A DNA stretch of 39,798 bases from Clostridiaceae bacterium (GCA_012718915.1 JAAYBI010000063.1:1-39798); one strand, 5' to 3'; positions 1 to 10,675 are shown, counted from the stretch's first letter. Notes: a model not told the origin generated them from the sequence alone. Program-made: numbers and translations.

Positions 1-22
1 GCTAAATCTTAACAAGTGAAAA

Positions 23-1921
23 CTAGTAATTGACCTCTTCCGCGGATGCAGAAATTATCGGTTCCGACCCGACACTATCCTGCACAAGCTCTCCCACGAA
101 TATACTCTCAAATTCATCGCCTTCGATTTTCTCTTTCTCAAGCAATCGAGTGGCAACGGCATTCAAGATGTCCATCTTTGCTTTCAGAAGATCGATAACC
201 TCATTGTAAGCGCCATCAATGATAGCTTGAACTTCTTCATCTATCATCGCTGCGACTTTGTCGCTGTAGTTTTGAACATGGCCGTAGTCGCGACCGAGGA
301 ATACTTCATTACCGCCACCGAAAACCATATTCCGTAGTTTTTCGCTCATACCGTATTGCGTAATCATATCTCTGGCAATCCCGTTACAGTTCTGTAAATC
401 GGAGGAAGCGCCGGTGCTGATTTCACCGAGAATAATCTCCTCGGCAGCACGGCCTCCGAGGGAAACCTTGATGTTATCAACCAACTGCTTGCGTGTTGTG
501 TAATATACATCCTCGTCCGGTTTATGAGCAGTGTATCCGCCAGCTCCGCCGGCCGGAATAATAGAAACACGCTCGACACGATCGGTTTCCGATACGGACC
601 TGAGAACAATAGCATGTCCGGCTTCATGATAAGCAGTCAGACGTTTCTCCTTGTCGTTAATGATTCGACTCTTCTTCTCCGTACCGATTACCACTTTGAA
701 AACCGCTTCCGAAATATCTGTATAAATGATCTGCTTGGAACCGCGTCGTGCTGCCAATAATGCCGCTTCATTCAATAGATTGGCCAAATCCGCACCGGTA
801 AATCCGGGTGTCATCTTGGCGATTTCTTTGAGATCTACATCAGAAGCAAGCGGCTTACCCTTGGCATGCACTTGCAAAATAGCCTCTCTGCCCTTGATAT
901 CCGGGCGCATAACAACAACGCGGCGATCAAAACGTCCGGGACGAAGCAATGCAGGATCAAGAATATCCATGCGGTTCGTCGCTGCTATGACAATGACCCC
1001 TTCATTGGGTCCGAACCCATCCATCTCTACAAGAAGTTGATTCAGAGTTTGCTCTCTCTCATCATGGCCTCCACCCATACCCGCACCGCGGTGGCGTCCG
1101 ACAGCATCAATTTCATCAATAAAAATGATACAAGGCGAATTCTTCTTTGCCGTGTCAAAAAGATCGCGAACACGGCTTGCACCGACGCCGACAAACATCT
1201 CTACAAAATCAGATCCGGAAATAGAGAAAAATGGAACACCGGCCTCTCCGGCAACAGCTTTTGCAAGCAAAGTCTTACCGGTACCCGGAGCGCCAAACAA
1301 CATAATACCCCTTGGAATTTTTGCTCCGAGCTCTGAATACTTCTGCGGATTTTTAAGAAAATCGACAACCTCCGTCAGTTCTTCCTTCTCTTCATCTGCA
1401 CCGGCAACATCTGCAAACGTAACTTTATTCTTGCTCGGATCGTGCAACCTGGCCTTGCTTCTCCCAAAGCTCATCGCGCTCTTGCCGTCACTTTGACCTC
1501 GTCCGATAGATACCCAGAACACTACGCCGATCAATACCACTAAAAGGACTATACTGACCACACTCATAATACTGCTGAAATCCATTGGTTCTTTGTAATC
1601 GAAATCTTCGATTTGACCCTTCTTTTGAGCATCGATCAAAATCGACAGGACGCGATCCATCGAAGCATACGGTATTACTTTTTTGACTTCGACTGTTTTG
1701 TTTTCGGCATCCATATACTTAAACTCAAGTGAAGTACCATATAGTGTGACTTCCTCTAGTTCAAATTGCTCAGATCTTATGAGCTCCAAAGCCTCCGAAA
1801 GAGACTGCTCCTTTTTATTCGTATCATTCAAATAGAAATATGCGAAAACGAATAATACGACAAGTAAGATAATATAGAAAGGCGCACCGCCTAATCTTTT
1901 AATCGGGCTTGTTGAACTCAT
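23..1921 (-). CDS. ftsH: ATP-dependent zinc metalloprotease FtsH
   Basis: 632 aa. Two N-terminal TM segments. Walker A GAPGTGKT. Zinc-binding HEAGHA. Start overlaps the hpt stop (ATGA), the classic tilS-hpt-ftsH arrangement. Confidence 0.95.
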   Translation of the reverse strand: MSSTSPIKRLGGAPFYIILLVVLFVFAYFYLNDTNKKEQSLSEALELIRSEQFELEEVTLYGTSLEFKYMDAENKTVEVKKVIPYASMDRVLSILIDAQKKGQIEDFDYKEPMDFSSIMSVVSIVLLVVLIGVVFWVSIGRGQSDGKSAMSFGRSKARLHDPSKNKVTFADVAGADEEKEELTEVVDFLKNPQKYSELGAKIPRGIMLFGAPGTGKTLLAKAVAGEAGVPFFSISGSDFVEMFVGVGASRVRDLFDTAKKNSPCIIFIDEIDAVGRHRGAGMGGGHDEREQTLNQLLVEMDGFGPNEGVIVIAATNRMDILDPALLRPGRFDRRVVVMRPDIKGREAILQVHAKGKPLASDVDLKEIAKMTPGFTGADLANLLNEAALLAARRGSKQIIYTDISEAVFKVVIGTEKKSRIINDKEKRLTAYHEAGHAIVLRSVSETDRVERVSIIPAGGAGGYTAHKPDEDVYYTTRKQLVDNIKVSLGGRAAEEIILGEISTGASSDLQNCNGIARDMITQYGMSEKLRNMVFGGGNEVFLGRDYGHVQNYSDKVAAMIDEEVQAIIDGAYNEVIDLLKAKMDILNAVATRLLEKEKIEGDEFESIFVGELVQDSVGSEPIISASAEEVNY

Positions 1922-2472
1922 TTTTTACCTCCGTCCGGATCGAGTATACAAACATCCGGCAAATTTCTGTATCTTCCTGAATAATCGAGCCCGTACCCGA
2001 CAATAAATTCATCGGGAATGGACATGCCGACGTAATCGGCACTGATTTCAGTCTTCCGACGATCCGGTTTATCAAATGCAACACATACTCTAAGGCTCGC
2101 AGGATCCTTTGTTCTAAGTAAATCCTTAAGATTCAGAAGAGTCAGACCGGAATCGACGATATCCTCAACAATTAATACGTTCTTACCGTTAATATTAACA
2201 TCCAGGTCTTTAACAATTTTAACGATTCCGGATGTTTTAGTTCCGCCATAATAACTTGATACAGACATAAAATCAATTGTTGTCTGAACCGTAAGTTTTC
2301 GGACAAGGTCAGCCATGAAAATAAATGATCCCTTAAGTATTCCGACAACGACAATCTCTTGACCCTCGTAATCTCGATTAATCTCAGCGGCCAACCGATC
2401 AACCATCTCCTGAATCTGCGTTCTGTCAATCATGACACGCTCAACCCTATGCGTCATAGTATTCTCCTTCAT
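1918..2472 (-). CDS. hpt: hypoxanthine-guanine phosphoribosyltransferase (copy 1)
   Basis: PRPP-binding motif [14 protein letters not shown]. Ends [14 protein letters not shown]. Alternative start at 2457 (MTHRVE) has a better AAGGAG RBS. The 2472 start overlaps the tilS stop. Confidence 0.9.
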   Translation of the reverse strand: MKENTMTHRVERVMIDRTQIQEMVDRLAAEINRDYEGQEIVVVGILKGSFIFMADLVRKLTVQTTIDFMSVSSYYGGTKTSGIVKIVKDLDVNINGKNVLIVEDIVDSGLTLLNLKDLLRTKDPASLRVCVAFDKPDRRKTEISADYVGMSIPDEFIVGYGLDYSGRYRNLPDVCILDPDGGKK

Positions 2473-4052
2473 ACCTCGTCAGGAATAATTTTTAACTCGA
2501 ATATATTGAGATCGGAGGACTCGTCCTTTTCAATCGTACGAAAACGGCTCATGAACCGATCACACGAAATTGCGTCAACAAATCCTCTGGCATGTGCCAA
2601 TCCCGGGATCCAAACGACCTCCGATTCGATACACAAAACGAGCAATGAATTCCTGATATGGGAAGGCACTTTCATATCCGTTAAATATCGCCTTAACAAC
2701 TTTCGACCTGCTCCTCCGGCTCGGGAAAAATAATCTCCGGTACGAGGGTGACGAAGCGTTAATCCGCTTAATAACTCTGAAGTGCCAAACCATGTCAGAT
2801 TATTATAAACTACGACATCCAGATTCTCAACGCGTCGAATGTGAACAGAAATAAACATTTGAGGATCTCGAATTTCATAATGACCCTTAATGCGCAACTC
2901 GGATTCGATGGTATGAAAATCATCCAAGCGCATTTCTCCGGTTACTTTTCTATCTGAAATCAACACATGTTTGCCATTTACATTCAACGTTCTTGTCGCA
3001 GATAACGTGAATTTTTCTTGATCCAAAAAATATAATACATCATCGTCGATATGTGCTTCGCGTTTCCCCGAAATGGAAACGAGCAAATTGGATTGCCCGC
3101 TTTGAGCCATTTTGACAAGAGCGGCGATTCGATTTGATCCAAAATCTACGAGGTCTCCAAATGTAGTCTCATATAAAATTCGCAAAACTCGCGAAGACAT
3201 AGCCGGATGCAATTTAAGCCATTCCGAGCAATGAATACCCTTGACGCAATCTATCGTGTCGATGGATATCCTTTTGAAAATCGCTTGAGCTTCACGGTCC
3301 AGGTAAGCCTTATCCGATGCTAAATGTTCCGCCAACCGGCTCAAGGCTAAATCCGGAGATTTGTTTGAAACTTTTTCAATTGCAGGAAAAACGACATGTC
3401 TCCATTGGTTTCGAGTATATTCCAAATCCGCGTTTGATTCGTCAATCGAATAATTTATCTCATTATCAGAAAGATACTGAAGTATCTGATCTTTTCCGAC
3501 GAATATCAACGGACGGACAATTCTATCTTTTCTTATTCCCATGGCACACAACCCGTCCAATCCTGCACCCCGAAAAACGTTCATCATCATGGTCTCTGCA
3601 CGATCTTGACGATGATGTGCCAAAGCAATTCGAACCGTCTTACCATCTGATTCATAATCCCTTGCCAAACGCTCAAAAAAGCGGTGTCTTGCAATTCTTG
3701 CAGCATGCTCTATGCTCATTCCGGATTGCGAGGACATCAGCGGAACATCTTCAGAATCCGAAAAAAATAATATACCTCTCGCCTCACAGTACTCCCGCAC
3801 CAATCTACACTCATACTCTGATGCTTCTTTTCGAATCTGATGATTAAAATGAGCAACCGTCAAAGTATCAAAAATTGTCGCATCTTCCGGTTTATGTTGT
3901 GAAATGCGAAAAAGAAGATCTAAAAGGCACATCGAATCCGGGCCGCCGGATACAGCCGCAACAAGCACATTACAAGACAACAGATCATGCGATTTGACGA
4001 CACGAACAAACGAATCATATAGCGCCATCATTAACCTCTTCCGAGCAAACAA
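2469..4052 (-). CDS. tilS: tRNA(Ile)-lysidine synthetase
   Basis: PP-loop SGGPDSMCLL near the N-terminus. TilS C-terminal domain present. 527 aa. Confidence 0.9.
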   Translation of the reverse strand: MFARKRLMMALYDSFVRVVKSHDLLSCNVLVAAVSGGPDSMCLLDLLFRISQHKPEDATIFDTLTVAHFNHQIRKEASEYECRLVREYCEARGILFFSDSEDVPLMSSQSGMSIEHAARIARHRFFERLARDYESDGKTVRIALAHHRQDRAETMMMNVFRGAGLDGLCAMGIRKDRIVRPLIFVGKDQILQYLSDNEINYSIDESNADLEYTRNQWRHVVFPAIEKVSNKSPDLALSRLAEHLASDKAYLDREAQAIFKRISIDTIDCVKGIHCSEWLKLHPAMSSRVLRILYETTFGDLVDFGSNRIAALVKMAQSGQSNLLVSISGKREAHIDDDVLYFLDQEKFTLSATRTLNVNGKHVLISDRKVTGEMRLDDFHTIESELRIKGHYEIRDPQMFISVHIRRVENLDVVVYNNLTWFGTSELLSGLTLRHPRTGDYFSRAGGAGRKLLRRYLTDMKVPSHIRNSLLVLCIESEVVWIPGLAHARGFVDAISCDRFMSRFRTIEKDESSDLNIFELKIIPDEV

Positions 4053-4061
4053 TCCGATTCA

Positions 4062-5603
4062 TTAGAAGTCCGGAGTCGGCGGTGCTGAAGCCGAATCAAA
4101 ATCATATAAAATTTCTTCACCAACATCAAACGGTTCTTCTGACGAAAGATTTGCGTCCGGTTCGTAGGGCTCGCCCGGCATATTTTGTCCAAACGCTTCC
4201 GGTACAATTTGGGAAAGTTGCGGTGGTCTCTCCGGAGCAACAGGCTCTCCGGGATCCGAATCCTCAAAAAATAAGGTGCGTTTTGCCCACCATTTAAGAT
4301 GAACCGTTTTTGTCGGACCCTGTCTGTTCTTCGCCAAAATAATCTCAGCATCCTCTATCTCAGGCTTAACCGGATCATTGTTGTAGTAGAGTTTACGATA
4401 TATAAACATAACCATATCGGCATCTTGCTCAATAGCACCCGAATCGCGCAAATCCGACAAAACCGGACGGTGCTCATCCCTCTGTTCGGCGCCGCGTGAA
4501 AGCTGCGACAAGGCGATAATCGGAACATCCAATTCTTTGGCCATAATTTTGAGCGATCTCGAAATTTCAGAAATCTCTTGCTGGCGGTTTCCCTGATTCC
4601 GAGAAGAAGTAGCATTCATCAACTGTAAATAGTCGATGACCACCAAATCCAATCCGGACTCATTTTTAAGTTGACGGCATTTCGCCATCATCTCAACCGT
4701 TGATACACCGGAACGATCGTCAATGAACAGCGGAGCCGGCTTTAAGATGTTCAGAGCCTCTTCTATCTGGATAAATTCATCTTTGTGAATCGAAGCATTT
4801 TGCAGTTTAAACGCACTGATTGAAGATTTTGAAGACAAAATACGATTACAAATCTCTTCTTTGGACATTTCCAAGCTAAAGAAGGCAACCCTTGCACCAT
4901 AAAGAACCGACGCGTTTACGGCCATGTTGATGACCAGTGCAGACTTACCCATAGCCGGACGCGCCGCAACGATCAACAGCGTTCCGGGCCTGAAACCACC
5001 GGTGACCTGATCCAACTTTGCGAAGCCGGTTCGGACAGTATGGCGCTCTTTTTTTCCTTCAGCGATCTCTTTTATTTCTTGAAAGGAACGCTTCAGGATC
5101 TCATGCAAACGTTCAAAACCACCTCCGAGAGGCGATTCACGCATATCTGAAAGACGCTTAATTGCAACATCTAAAATGCCGTTGGCCTCTTGTTCTCCCT
5201 CATATGAAAACTTAACAATCTCATCCATTGTGGAAATGAGTTTACGAAGCGTGAATTTTTGCTTAATGATAGAAACGTATTCCCTGACACTGGATCTCAC
5301 GATTAGCATATTAGAAAGCTCACTGATATAGGCAAGCCCTCCGACCGCATCGATTTCTCCGCTTTGGTTCAGACTCTCTGAAACGGTGATAATATCAACC
5401 GGCTTTCGAGCAGCAAACAACTCGAGCATCGCCATATATATAAGGCGGTGACCGGGATGATAGAAGTGATCCGGAACTAACTCAGACGCCACATTCGTTA
5501 AAGCCTCACGACTATCCAAACAGCAACAAAGAACCGCCTTTTCAGCGGGCAAGTAATGTGGCGGAACTCTTCCTTCACGTTGCATCGGCGAAGCATTCGA
5601 CAT
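4062..5603 (-). CDS. dnaB: replicative DNA helicase DnaB with ~60-aa acidic C-terminal tail
   Basis: Walker A GARPAMGKSA in a RecA-like C-terminal domain. DnaB N-terminal domain present. Ends in a Pro/Glu/Asp-rich extension. Confidence 0.9.
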   Translation of the reverse strand: MSNASPMQREGRVPPHYLPAEKAVLCCCLDSREALTNVASELVPDHFYHPGHRLIYMAMLELFAARKPVDIITVSESLNQSGEIDAVGGLAYISELSNMLIVRSSVREYVSIIKQKFTLRKLISTMDEIVKFSYEGEQEANGILDVAIKRLSDMRESPLGGGFERLHEILKRSFQEIKEIAEGKKERHTVRTGFAKLDQVTGGFRPGTLLIVAARPAMGKSALVINMAVNASVLYGARVAFFSLEMSKEEICNRILSSKSSISAFKLQNASIHKDEFIQIEEALNILKPAPLFIDDRSGVSTVEMMAKCRQLKNESGLDLVVIDYLQLMNATSSRNQGNRQQEISEISRSLKIMAKELDVPIIALSQLSRGAEQRDEHRPVLSDLRDSGAIEQDADMVMFIYRKLYYNNDPVKPEIEDAEIILAKNRQGPTKTVHLKWWAKRTLFFEDSDPGEPVAPERPPQLSQIVPEAFGQNMPGEPYEPDANLSSEEPFDVGEEILYDFDSASAPPTPDF

Positions 5604-5624
5604 ATATATCTCCCAATAAATGAA

Positions 5625-6071
5625 TTACTCGACTGCGGCTACCTGAACCTTGATAGTAACTGACACTTCCGTATGAAGCTTTGCCACGATATCATATACC
5701 CCTATTGCCTTAATAGGATTCTTGATGGTGATGTTTTTCTTATCAACCTTATAACCGGATTTGGCAACAGCAGCGGCAATATCTGACGCTGTTACGGCGC
5801 CATATAATCTGCCGCCTTCTCCGGTCTTCATTTCTAGCTTAAATGTCTGTCCGGAGAGCTTGCTGCCCATCTCTTTACATTCTTCAAGATGTCTTCTGGC
5901 TCGTTCTGCCTGAGCCGCCTTTTTGATTTTGATAGAATTGAGGTTCGAAGGAGTTGCCTCCAAGGCTAAGTCTTTTTTGAAAAGGAAATTTCTGGCATAA
6001 CCGTCATTGACCTCAACGATATCATCGGCTTTCCCCAGTCCTTTAACTTCTTCCAATAAAATAACCTTCAT
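5625..6071 (-). CDS. rplI: 50S ribosomal protein L9
   Basis: [31 protein letters not shown]-terminus. 148 aa. Confidence 0.92.
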   Translation of the reverse strand: MKVILLEEVKGLGKADDIVEVNDGYARNFLFKKDLALEATPSNLNSIKIKKAAQAERARRHLEECKEMGSKLSGQTFKLEMKTGEGGRLYGAVTASDIAAAVAKSGYKVDKKNITIKNPIKAIGVYDIVAKLHTEVSVTIKVQVAAVE

Positions 6072-6215
6072 ATGTGAATGTCGCTCGAAAAACCAACGAG
6101 CGCCTCCTTTCGATAAATAAAATCAGGCACCTTCCGAAGCTCGGATCGATGCCTAATAATTATATACGTTAAAAGTACTTATCGCAAACAAACCGGGTAC
6201 CGTTAGCTGACAAAA

Positions 6216-6479
6216 TCAGTCAACAACGTACGGAAGTAAAGCAACATGTCTCGCGCGCTTGATGGCTATTGTCAGCTCTCTTTGGTGCTTTGCACAGTTG
6301 CCCGTCATACGCTTAGGCAAAATCTTGCCACGTTCTGACGTGAATTTGCGAATGCGACCAATATCTTTGTAGTCAATCGATTCCACCTTGTCTGCACAAA
6401 ATGCGCACACTTTACGGCGTGTACGACGACCTCTCATGCCGCCGCGATCAGAAAAACGCGGTCCTCTATTTTCGGCCAT
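6216..6479 (-). CDS. rpsR: 30S ribosomal protein S18
   Basis: [15 protein letters not shown]...[17 protein letters not shown] motif. 87 aa. Confidence 0.92.
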   Translation of the reverse strand: MAENRGPRFSDRGGMRGRRTRRKVCAFCADKVESIDYKDIGRIRKFTSERGKILPKRMTGNCAKHQRELTIAIKRARHVALLPYVVD

Positions 6480-6545
6480 AGTAATTCTCCTTTCAACTCA
6501 ATAAAACCACACTCTTAAAATGTGGAGACGCCGTATTGGCGTAAA

Positions 6546-6992
6546 TTACAAATCAAACGGAAGTGCTGTATCATCATCCATCGTCGGCATAAAAACACTG
6601 TCCGAACCGGCGTTCGAGGACATCGGAGCCGGCGCACTATATGAGCGATCATCAGAGACCGATGAAGCACCGTCCTTGCGAGACTCGAGAAACTCGATTT
6701 CGTCAACGGTAACCTCTGTCACATATACCTTCTTACCATCTTTGTCATCGTAAGAACGTGACTGAAGGCTGCCGATAATTCCAATTCGATGGCCCTTTTG
6801 AAAATACTGACCCAATAACTTGGCCTGTTGTCTCCAGGCGACACAGTTGATGAAGTCCGACTGACGTTCTCCTGATGCTGTCTTGAAACGACGATCGACT
6901 GCTACAGTAAAACTACAAACTTCGACTTGGCTTTGGGTGGTTTTCACTTCGGGATCACGGGTTAGTCTTCCGACCAGAATGACTTTGTTCAT
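6546..6992 (-). CDS. ssb: single-stranded DNA-binding protein
   Basis: OB-fold N-terminus MNKVILVGRLTRDPE. Gly/Ser-rich linker and acidic C-terminal DDD...PF tail. AAAGGAG RBS. Confidence 0.92.
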   Translation of the reverse strand: MNKVILVGRLTRDPEVKTTQSQVEVCSFTVAVDRRFKTASGERQSDFINCVAWRQQAKLLGQYFQKGHRIGIIGSLQSRSYDDKDGKKVYVTEVTVDEIEFLESRKDGASSVSDDRSYSAPAPMSSNAGSDSVFMPTMDDDTALPFDL

Positions 6993-7010
6993 ACAATTAC
7001 TCCTTTTTGA

Positions 7011-7298
7011 TTACGCATCTTTACGGATAACAAGAAAACGCAACACGCCTTCGGTAATCTTAAGTACACGCTCAATCTCTTTCGGGTAGTCAGCTTCTGA
7101 AGTAAAGTTGAACAAAAGATAAAAACCGTCTTTCTGATCATCAATCTCGTAAGCCATACGCTTCATGCCCATTGTCTCCATTGATTCAAGGGTAGCACCG
7201 GCCTCGACCTTTGATTTCACCGTTTCAGTGGTAGCAGCAATGCCTTCTTCACCGAGAACAGGACTCAGAACAACGATCATCTCATACTTGTTTGCCAT
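7011..7298 (-). CDS. rpsF: 30S ribosomal protein S6
   Basis: MANKYEMIVVLSP start preceded by a GGAGGAGG RBS. The listed ORF is extended 15 codons upstream of the real ATG. Confidence 0.9.
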   Translation of the reverse strand: MANKYEMIVVLSPVLGEEGIAATTETVKSKVEAGATLESMETMGMKRMAYEIDDQKDGFYLLFNFTSEADYPKEIERVLKITEGVLRFLVIRKDA

Positions 7299-7326
7299 GG
7301 AAATTTCACCTCCTCCTGGACTAAAC

Positions 7327-7415
7327 GGCCCTTGAACGATCAAGGGCGAGGATTAATTACGAAACCGCATCCTTTGCGGCACGAAAAAGAATATCACACC
7401 ACCATAGGCACGTCA
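7327..7415 (-). promoter_or_regulatory. rpsF promoter (TTGACG / TATTCT-like) plus a ~80-nt structured leader with two hairpins: GCCCTTGA-loop-TCAAGGGC at 7328-7347 just upstream of the RBS, and CCGCA-loop-TGCGG at 7365-7379
   Basis: Inverted repeats read directly from the sequence. Their position immediately 5' of the rpsF RBS matches the placement of the S6:S18 autoregulatory leader known in other bacteria. Confidence 0.35.
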
Positions 7416-7704
7416 AGTCAGCTGCTCTAAACCCCGGAGAATCACTGCGTAAATCCAGAAAATAAACTGCCGGCAAAATATTGTAGCGCTGATAAAATAC
7501 CTAAGTATGTTGTCAAGGTTCCCTGTGAATCAGCGATTAATCCGGGTGCACTCCATAACCATATCGCGCGACTCATCTTCTGAAACAATCATATGCCTTT
7601 TTGACGCTTACTTCTATATTATATAAACGAAATCAAGCTAAGAATAATCGACAATCCCTTCCAAACCGGACCAAGCGCTCTATCGAATATCCTATCTTTA
7701 TGGA

Positions 7705-9411
7705 CTATACAAACGAAACCGGCATAATTCCAAGATTATCCAAAATATACGGCATCAATGCACTCAATAAGTGTTCGAGCGTATCAGCCGTCTTAATATA
7801 CTCATCTAAGGAGGCTCCGAAAGGATCAGGAATACCCATGGGTGACTTCACAAGGTTGCGCAACATATCACTTGGAATATCTGCATTCTCGAAAAAAGAA
7901 AATATATCGTATGCACGATCGGCAATTTCAGGAAATGCTGCTCTCAAAAACATTGCGTGCTCACCGGTCATCGTCAAAATTAAATGCGTCGAACTCAAAA
8001 GCACCTCATCCACGCGCCGTGAGCGATGGCCGCTTATGTCTATGCCGTAAAGCTGCCGAAGTGCATCAACTGCATTCTGGGCGGCAGGACTTCCGAATGA
8101 AGCAAAGATACCTGCGGAAGAGGCGAACACTTGCACTTCCCGAGATGGATCGCTACATAATACAAATGGCCCCATTTCTTGTAATATCGCATTGAAAATC
8201 CCTTCAGCCATCGGACTGCGGCAGGTGTTCCCGGTGCAAACAAACAGAACCTGTCGACAATCCTCGTCCTCACTACCTTGTTCGAGCATACCTAATTTTG
8301 GGTCTAGATCTTTTTCCAGACCTGCGGCCTTTTCGAGTCGATTCATATAGGCAACGCCATATCCTTCACTTCCGAATCCGGGAGCAAATATTCGATCTGA
8401 GCCTGCATCATCAAGAGAGCGAAGAGCATCGTAAAGTTTTTGACCAGCCGAAAATACGTCATCCTCGGAACCATACTCATAATAAATGACTTGACCCTGA
8501 GCGACGTTTGCAAAACTTAATCTCAAGGCTTCACAAACCTCTCGAGATGCAAAAACACCCATTACCCCACCGGGACTTTCTTGTTGGAAAGAATGCATCG
8601 TTTGCTCATAGGCTTGCGACATCATTTCTTTGCCGGAATGAATGACCGTAACAGGCGACTTCGGCGCGTAATGCCTGTATTTTTGTCCCGGAGAACGAGG
8701 AACTTGTCCATTTTTTGAAACCGGATCAACGGAAACCTGTGCAAAAGACAATCCGAATTTTTTACACTCAGACAGAATCATTTCAGAGGTTATTGCGCCC
8801 GGTCTCAAAATCACCGGCCGATTGCCCGTAACATCAACAACAGTCGATTCAAGTCCGACATCACAATCACCGCCGTCAACAATGTACGAGATTCGGCCTC
8901 TCAAGTCTTTCAGGACATGTTGTGCTTTAGTCGGAGACGGACTGCCCGAACGATTGGCTGAAGGAGCTGCAATCGGAACACCCGCCATAGCGATGAGCTC
9001 GCGCGCGACAGGGTGAGCGGGTATTCTTATTCCAACCGTATCCAGACCGGCAGTCACCACGTCAGGAACTGAGCGGTTGCGTCGCATAACCAATGTAATC
9101 GGGCCGGGCATAAAAGCGTCCATCAAACATCGAGCCAGCGGTGTTATGTCGGAAACAAGCATTCGTATTTGGTCTTTCTCGGCGACATGAACGATGAGAG
9201 GATTATCGCTCGGCCGTCCTTTTGCCTTGAATATTTTGTCGATAGCATTTGTATCAAGCGCATTTGCCCCGAGCCCGTATACAGTCTCAGTGGGAAATGC
9301 AACCACCTCACCGCCACGAATCAACTCCGCAGGACGAACCAAGTCGTCCTGAGATCGATACAACGCAACTTCGGTGACAAAACCTCCTGTTTCGACGCCC
9401 TTGACTTCCAT
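7705..9411 (-). CDS. in-frame fusion: L-threonylcarbamoyladenylate synthase (Sua5/TsaC/YwlC, YrdC + Sua5 domains) joined to a YwlE-type low-molecular-weight phosphatase
   Basis: N-terminal half has YrdC motifs VAFPTETVYGLGANA and KGRPSDNPLIVHV. The C-terminal ~185 aa has P-loop VLFVCTGNTCRSPMAEG (C-X5-R with Thr after Asn, as in the B. subtilis arginine phosphatase YwlE) and a DPF general-acid loop. There is no stop between the halves. The likely real start is the ATG at 9411 (MEVKG); the ORF tool started at the GTG at 9438. Confidence 0.8.
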   Translation of the reverse strand: MEVKGVETGGFVTEVALYRSQDDLVRPAELIRGGEVVAFPTETVYGLGANALDTNAIDKIFKAKGRPSDNPLIVHVAEKDQIRMLVSDITPLARCLMDAFMPGPITLVMRRNRSVPDVVTAGLDTVGIRIPAHPVARELIAMAGVPIAAPSANRSGSPSPTKAQHVLKDLRGRISYIVDGGDCDVGLESTVVDVTGNRPVILRPGAITSEMILSECKKFGLSFAQVSVDPVSKNGQVPRSPGQKYRHYAPKSPVTVIHSGKEMMSQAYEQTMHSFQQESPGGVMGVFASREVCEALRLSFANVAQGQVIYYEYGSEDDVFSAGQKLYDALRSLDDAGSDRIFAPGFGSEGYGVAYMNRLEKAAGLEKDLDPKLGMLEQGSEDEDCRQVLFVCTGNTCRSPMAEGIFNAILQEMGPFVLCSDPSREVQVFASSAGIFASFGSPAAQNAVDALRQLYGIDISGHRSRRVDEVLLSSTHLILTMTGEHAMFLRAAFPEIADRAYDIFSFFENADIPSDMLRNLVKSPMGIPDPFGASLDEYIKTADTLEHLLSALMPYILDNLGIMPVSFV

Positions 9412-9415
9412 GCGG

Positions 9416-10504
9416 CTACTCGTCCTCCCCTGCGACACTCATTAACTGATCTGCTTTATCCGCCGAAGCTAATGCATCGATTATTTCATCGATATCTCCT
9501 GACAAAAATGCGTCAAGCTTGTATATTGTCATATTTATCCGATGATCCGATACTCTACCTTGATGGTAATTGTAGGTACGAATACGTTCGGAACGGTCGC
9601 CGGTTCCCACCTGGGACTTTCGAGCCATTGCTACTTCCCCGTGCGCTTCTGAATTCTTCATCTCCTGAAGACGGCTCATCAGGACCGCCATCGCCTTGTC
9701 CTTGTTCTTATATTGACTACGCTGATCCTGACATTGAACAACAATACCGGTTGGAATATGTGTGATTCTTATCGCAGAGTCGGTTCTGTTAACATGCTGA
9801 CCGCCGGCTCCGGATGCTCTAAACGTGTCAATGCGCAGGTCTCCCGGCTGTATGTCTACTTCCACGGCCTCTGCTTCCGGGAGAACGGCGACGGTAACCG
9901 TCGAAGTGTGAATCCTACCTGACGACTCAGTTACGGGTACCCGCTGTACGCGATGGACTCCTCTTTCATACTTGAATCGACTGAATGCTCCGTTTCCCTC
10001 AACCGAAAAAATGATCTCTTTGTAACCGCCAAGTTCAGTCGGACTGCTGTCAATTTGTTCTACCGTCCACCCTCGGCTCTGAGCATACGCCGAATACATT
10101 TCGAAAAGCACTCCACAGAAAAGAGCCGCCTCATCCCCACCGGCACCGGCTCTGATTTCGATGATGACCGATTTCTGATCGTTGGGATCCTTGGGCGCAG
10201 TCAATGCCCTGAGCCTTTCGTTTTCGGTCGTCAGAACGCTATTGAGTATTTTCAATTCTTCGCGAGCCATCTTACGCATTTCTTCATCGTCTGCTAATTC
10301 AAACATCTCTTGCGTCTGGTCTATTTCTGATTCAAGACGTTCCACTTCATGAATTGCTCCGACAATCGGCTCCAACTCTGCCAATTCTTTGTTGAGTTTC
10401 TGATAACGACTCGGGTCCGAAAAGACAGCCGGATCCGCCAGCGTAGCAATAATTTCATCGTATCGATGTCTGATGTCGTTTAACTTAGTATCAAGGAGAC
10501 TCAT
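9416..10504 (-). CDS. prfA: peptide chain release factor 1
   Basis: GGQ motif (SGAGGQHVNRTDSAIRITHIPTG). 362 aa. GTGAGGT RBS. Confidence 0.93.
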   Translation of the reverse strand: MSLLDTKLNDIRHRYDEIIATLADPAVFSDPSRYQKLNKELAELEPIVGAIHEVERLESEIDQTQEMFELADDEEMRKMAREELKILNSVLTTENERLRALTAPKDPNDQKSVIIEIRAGAGGDEAALFCGVLFEMYSAYAQSRGWTVEQIDSSPTELGGYKEIIFSVEGNGAFSRFKYERGVHRVQRVPVTESSGRIHTSTVTVAVLPEAEAVEVDIQPGDLRIDTFRASGAGGQHVNRTDSAIRITHIPTGIVVQCQDQRSQYKNKDKAMAVLMSRLQEMKNSEAHGEVAMARKSQVGTGDRSERIRTYNYHQGRVSDHRINMTIYKLDAFLSGDIDEIIDALASADKADQLMSVAGEDE

Positions 10505-10530
10505 TGTAACCTCACAAATTTTTCTTTATT

Positions 10531-10562
10531 ACGTGTATATATAATACACGATTTCACGATTT
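10531..10562. promoter_or_regulatory. palindrome CGTGTAT-ATATA-ATACACG (10532-10550) followed by direct repeat CACGATTT x2, in the divergent prfA / NifU-like intergenic region
   Basis: Perfect 7-bp inverted arms around an AT centre. It overlaps the probable -10 of the prfA promoter on the minus strand. Candidate operator. Confidence 0.3.
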
Positions 10563-10573
10563 TTGTAGTTCGC

Positions 10574-10604
10574 TTATGGATAATCTGATATCTTTTGCTA
10601 TAAT
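10574..10604 (+). promoter_or_regulatory. candidate sigma-A promoter for the NifU-like/GGGtGRT operon (weak -35, extended -10 TGcTATAAT at 10596-10604)
   Basis: TATAAT with upstream TG. About 70-nt leader containing the small hairpin GGCGG-TG-CCGCC (10632-10643) before RBS AAAGGGGA. Confidence 0.35.
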
Positions 10605-10675
10605 AAACGCTGGTGTGAATTTAAGGTTGAAGGCGGTGCCGCCAGACACCGACTTTATTGAAAGGGGATACATAC

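Noticed and set aside
7705-9438. Sua5 and the phosphatase as two overlapping genes mis-merged by the ORF finder
   Set aside because: The frame is continuous with no stop codon between the domains in the provided sequence. An internal Met exists (MLEQG) but there is no SD in front of it. I therefore treat it as a real fusion pending read-level verification.
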